A stretch of 64,000 nt of DNA from an uncultured Gammaproteobacteria bacterium. GTDB lineage: Bacteria > Patescibacteriota > Patescibacteriia > Magasanikbacterales > GWA2-37-8. How positions within the stretch are numbered: position 1 is the first letter of the stretch; every line of letters begins with the position of its first letter. Positions 61,004-64,000 of this stretch are shown piece after piece. The stretch is from NCBI GenBank assembly GCA_964536725.1, contig CAZHYJ010000003.1:39065-103064 (forward strand), given 5' to 3'. The translations under genes were made by a program, and so were the position numbers. Below the pieces are notes generated by a model, which made no database searches, was not told the origin of the DNA, and saw only the letters and a list, made by a program, of their open reading frames with translations.

Positions 61004-63949
61004 ATGTATATTCGCTGGTTCAAAGAATTAACAATTAAAGATATTCCGATTGTCGGTGGCAAGACGGCTTCTTTGGGCGAAATGTATCAAGGTTTAAAGA
61101 AACAGGGCGTGGATGTCCCGAATGGTTTTGCGTTGACCGCTGAGGCTTATCGCGAATTTTTGAAATACAACCGATTGGACAAAAAGATTAAAGAGACTTT
61201 GAAAGGGTTGGATGTAAAAAATATTCGCGAATTAAGTAAGGCGGGAGAAAAAGTGCGTAGTCTAATTTTGTCCGGTATTTTCCCGAAAGAGATGGTAGAA
61301 GAAATACGTGTAGCTTACAAAGAATTATCAAAAGAATACAAAAAAGAAAGCGTGGATGTAGCGGTGCGTTCGTCTGCCACAGCGGAAGATTTGCCAGACG
61401 CCAGTTTTGCTGGTCAGCAGGAAACATATTTAAATGTACGGGGAGAAAAGATGTTGCTCGACTCAGTGAGAAAATGTTTGGCGTCGCTGTTTACCGATCG
61501 TGCCATCTCCTATCGTGAAGACAAAGGGTTTGATCATTTGAGTATTGCGTTATCGGTTTGTGTGCAAAAAATGATCCGTTCGGACGTGGGTTCGTCTGGG
61601 GTAATGTTCACTTTGGACACGGAGTCAGGCTTTAAAGGAGTAGTATTAATCAACGCCGCCTACGGTTTGGGCGAATACGTCGTGAAGGGTCGGGTTGTTC
61701 CGGATCAGTTCTATGTTTTCAAAGGTGGTTTAGAAAAAGGTTTTAAATCGATTATCAGCCGACGTTTGGGTACCAAAGAAGTAAAGTTGGTATATGGCCC
61801 CCAAAGTGGCACGAAACAAGAAAAAGTAAAAATATCTGACCAGAAACAATTTTGTTTAACTGAAGACGAAGTGGTGCAACTGGCGAAGTGGGGCGTAATG
61901 ATTGAAAAACATTATGGTCACCCAATGGATATTGAATGGGCGAAAGATGGTATTACTAAACAATTGTACATTGTCCAGGCGCGTTCAGAGACAGTGAAGT
62001 CTCAAGCTAGTAAGACAGTAATTGAGACCTACCGTTTGAAAAAGAAAGGTGAAGTGTTGGCCAGTGGTGCTAGTGTCGGCCAAAAGATTGGTCAAGGGAA
62101 AGTGCGAATTATTAATTCACCAAAACAATTAAACCAGTTTAAAGCCGGTGAGGTTTTAGTGACCCGTATTACTGATCCAGATTGGGAGCCGATTATGCGT
62201 ATCGCGGCGGCGATTGTGACGGAGCAGGGTGGTAAAACATCACATGCGGCGATTGTGTCGCGCGAATTGGGCATTCCTTGTATTGTCGGGGCGGCCAAAG
62301 TTAGACAACTTTTGAAAGCCGGGACTGAGGTAACAGTGTCTTGTGCGGAAGGGGAAGTGGGATATATTTACAAAGGACGTTTACCATTTGAAGTAGAAAC
62401 GACAGAATTAAAAAATATTTCTAACACTAAAACTAAAGTAATGATGAATGTGGGTGATCCAGATTCGGCTTTCACATTGGCGGCACTACCGAATGACGGT
62501 GTAGGTTTAGCGCGCGAAGAGTTTATCTTTACCAACTTTATCAAAATCCATCCAATGGCGTTGGTAAATTACAGCAGTATTAAAAACAAAAAAGCAAAAG
62601 AAAAAATCGATGCATTAACTTGGGGATACAAAGACAAGTCGCAATTTTGTATAGATCGTTTAGCCGAAGGTATTGCTTTTATCGCTTCCGCCTTTTATCC
62701 ACACGATGTGATTGTGCGTTTGTCGGATTTTAAAACTAATGAATATGCCACTTTGATTGGTGGGGCGGATTATGAACCGAAAGAAGAAAACCCGATGATT
62801 GGTTGGCGTGGGGCGAGTCGATACTATGATCCGAAATACAAGGCGGGTTTCAAGTTGGAATGTGCCGCTTTGAAAAAAGTGCGCGAAGAATGGGGTTTGA
62901 AAAATGTCATTATCATGGTGCCATTTTGTCGCACTGTAGAAGAAGGAGAAAAAGTTTTAGCGACAATGAAAGAATTTGGTTTGGAGCGGGGTAAAAATGG
63001 TTTGCAGGTATATGTGATGTGCGAGATCCCATCAAATGTAATTTTGGCGAAAGAATTTGCCCAAATTTTTGATGGGTTTAGTATTGGTTCAAATGATCTA
63101 ACACAACTAACTCTCGGTGTAGATCGTGACTCAGCATTGGTTAGCCATATTTACAACGAACGCAATTTGGCGGTGAAGACTCTGATTCGTCAGGTGATTA
63201 AAGCGGCACATGATGCGAAACGCAAAGTGGGTATTTGTGGGCAGGCACCGAGTGACTATCCGGAGTTTGCAGAATTTCTTGTACAAGAGGGGATTGACAG
63301 TATTTCATTAAATCCAGATACCGTTGTAAAAACCAAAGAGCGGATTGCGCGTATGGAAGAAAAGTTGGGTCAGAGAAAAAATGTTTTTAATACCAGTAGT
63401 GCCACTAAGGCGTTGTCGGTGCTAGGTGTAGCCGGTTTGACTTTTATGTTAGCAGGTTACGGTTGTGAAGCGGTGAGTTATCGCCAAAATGCGGATGATA
63501 TTAAACAGACAGTTACCGAGCAGTTGGGGCAATTTAAAAGTGAGTTTCAGGCGGAGATAAAAAAGATGGGAGAAGAAAAGAAGGATGTATACAAAGAAGA
63601 AGGGTTTGCTAATTTTACTCTGCAATATCCAAGCGCTTGGCAAGTCAGTCATTGGGCGGACGGGGTAAAATTCTCTTCAGTGGATGGTAAAGAATATTTA
63701 ATGGTATTTGTACAAAAGATGGGACATCCGGTTGCGGAAAACAAAATATCAACTACCACTTTCTTTAATTATCCGGCGAAGCGGCTGGTGGATAGCGGCT
63801 TGAAGGGGGATGGAACGGATGAGAATTATGAAGTGTTGGAGGTGTATCCGGAAGGTTACAAAAAGAACGAAGGGATTATCGAGATTAGAAGCAATGGTGG
63901 AAAGTTGGCGGAGCGGTTGAAGGAGATAACGGAGTTTAAGGTGAAATAA
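61004..63949 (+). CDS. ppsA: Phosphoenolpyruvate synthase with a C-terminal extension
   Basis: VAVRSSATAED, GGKTSHAAIVSRE, FSIGSNDLTQ and GICGQ motifs. Confidence 0.95.
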   Translation: MYIRWFKELTIKDIPIVGGKTASLGEMYQGLKKQGVDVPNGFALTAEAYREFLKYNRLDKKIKETLKGLDVKNIRELSKAGEKVRSLILSGIFPKEMVEEIRVAYKELSKEYKKESVDVAVRSSATAEDLPDASFAGQQETYLNVRGEKMLLDSVRKCLASLFTDRAISYREDKGFDHLSIALSVCVQKMIRSDVGSSGVMFTLDTESGFKGVVLINAAYGLGEYVVKGRVVPDQFYVFKGGLEKGFKSIISRRLGTKEVKLVYGPQSGTKQEKVKISDQKQFCLTEDEVVQLAKWGVMIEKHYGHPMDIEWAKDGITKQLYIVQARSETVKSQASKTVIETYRLKKKGEVLASGASVGQKIGQGKVRIINSPKQLNQFKAGEVLVTRITDPDWEPIMRIAAAIVTEQGGKTSHAAIVSRELGIPCIVGAAKVRQLLKAGTEVTVSCAEGEVGYIYKGRLPFEVETTELKNISNTKTKVMMNVGDPDSAFTLAALPNDGVGLAREEFIFTNFIKIHPMALVNYSSIKNKKAKEKIDALTWGYKDKSQFCIDRLAEGIAFIASAFYPHDVIVRLSDFKTNEYATLIGGADYEPKEENPMIGWRGASRYYDPKYKAGFKLECAALKKVREEWGLKNVIIMVPFCRTVEEGEKVLATMKEFGLERGKNGLQVYVMCEIPSNVILAKEFAQIFDGFSIGSNDLTQLTLGVDRDSALVSHIYNERNLAVKTLIRQVIKAAHDAKRKVGICGQAPSDYPEFAEFLVQEGIDSISLNPDTVVKTKERIARMEEKLGQRKNVFNTSSATKALSVLGVAGLTFMLAGYGCEAVSYRQNADDIKQTVTEQLGQFKSEFQAEIKKMGEEKKDVYKEEGFANFTLQYPSAWQVSHWADGVKFSSVDGKEYLMVFVQKMGHPVAENKISTTTFFNYPAKRLVDSGLKGDGTDENYEVLEVYPEGYKKNEGIIEIRSNGGKLAERLKEITEFKVK

Positions 63950-63959
63950 AAGAACAAAC

Positions 63960-63992
63960 AAAAAACACCACGATTTGGTCGTGGTGTTTTTT
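63960..63992 (+). terminator. Intrinsic terminator
   Basis: aaaaaacaccacga-tttgg-tcgtggtgtttttt. Confidence 0.85.
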
Positions 63993-64000
63993 AATCTCTT

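Overview
Chromosomal segment of a small-genome bacterium. Gene content and style (GlyQS alpha2-type, DUF4012, a VirB4/TraD-like ATPase, type IV pilus genes, almost no Shine-Dalgarno sites) point to Patescibacteria/CPR; this assignment is an inference. Most of the window is housekeeping: tsaB, mreB, holB, frr, glyQS, tpiA, five tRNAs, rpmG, secA, secDF, dus, folD, dnaX, cysS, pilM/pilin/pilD, ligA and ppsA. There are two highlights. (1) A ~10.2 kb integrative element encoding a large serine recombinase sits in the last codons of secA. It is followed in tandem by a 1.17 kb recombinase-less Fic cassette. Three related att sites delimit the pair (B-P' at 21434-21477, a symmetric P-P' at 31653-31698, P-B' at 32825-32870), and each carries an alternative SecA C-terminus. 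The element has no recognisable capsid or conjugation genes. It does carry several strongly structured non-coding RNA candidates, an ssDNA-handling module and secreted cargo. (2) A cobalamin riboswitch heads a three-gene operon that resembles a split transcobalamin-like B12 scavenger plus a membrane S-component-like protein. Other oddities are an MreB lacking the catalytic Glu, a SecD-parvulin fusion, PEP synthase with an extracytoplasmic-type tail, several unannotated small ORFs and several palindromic elements.
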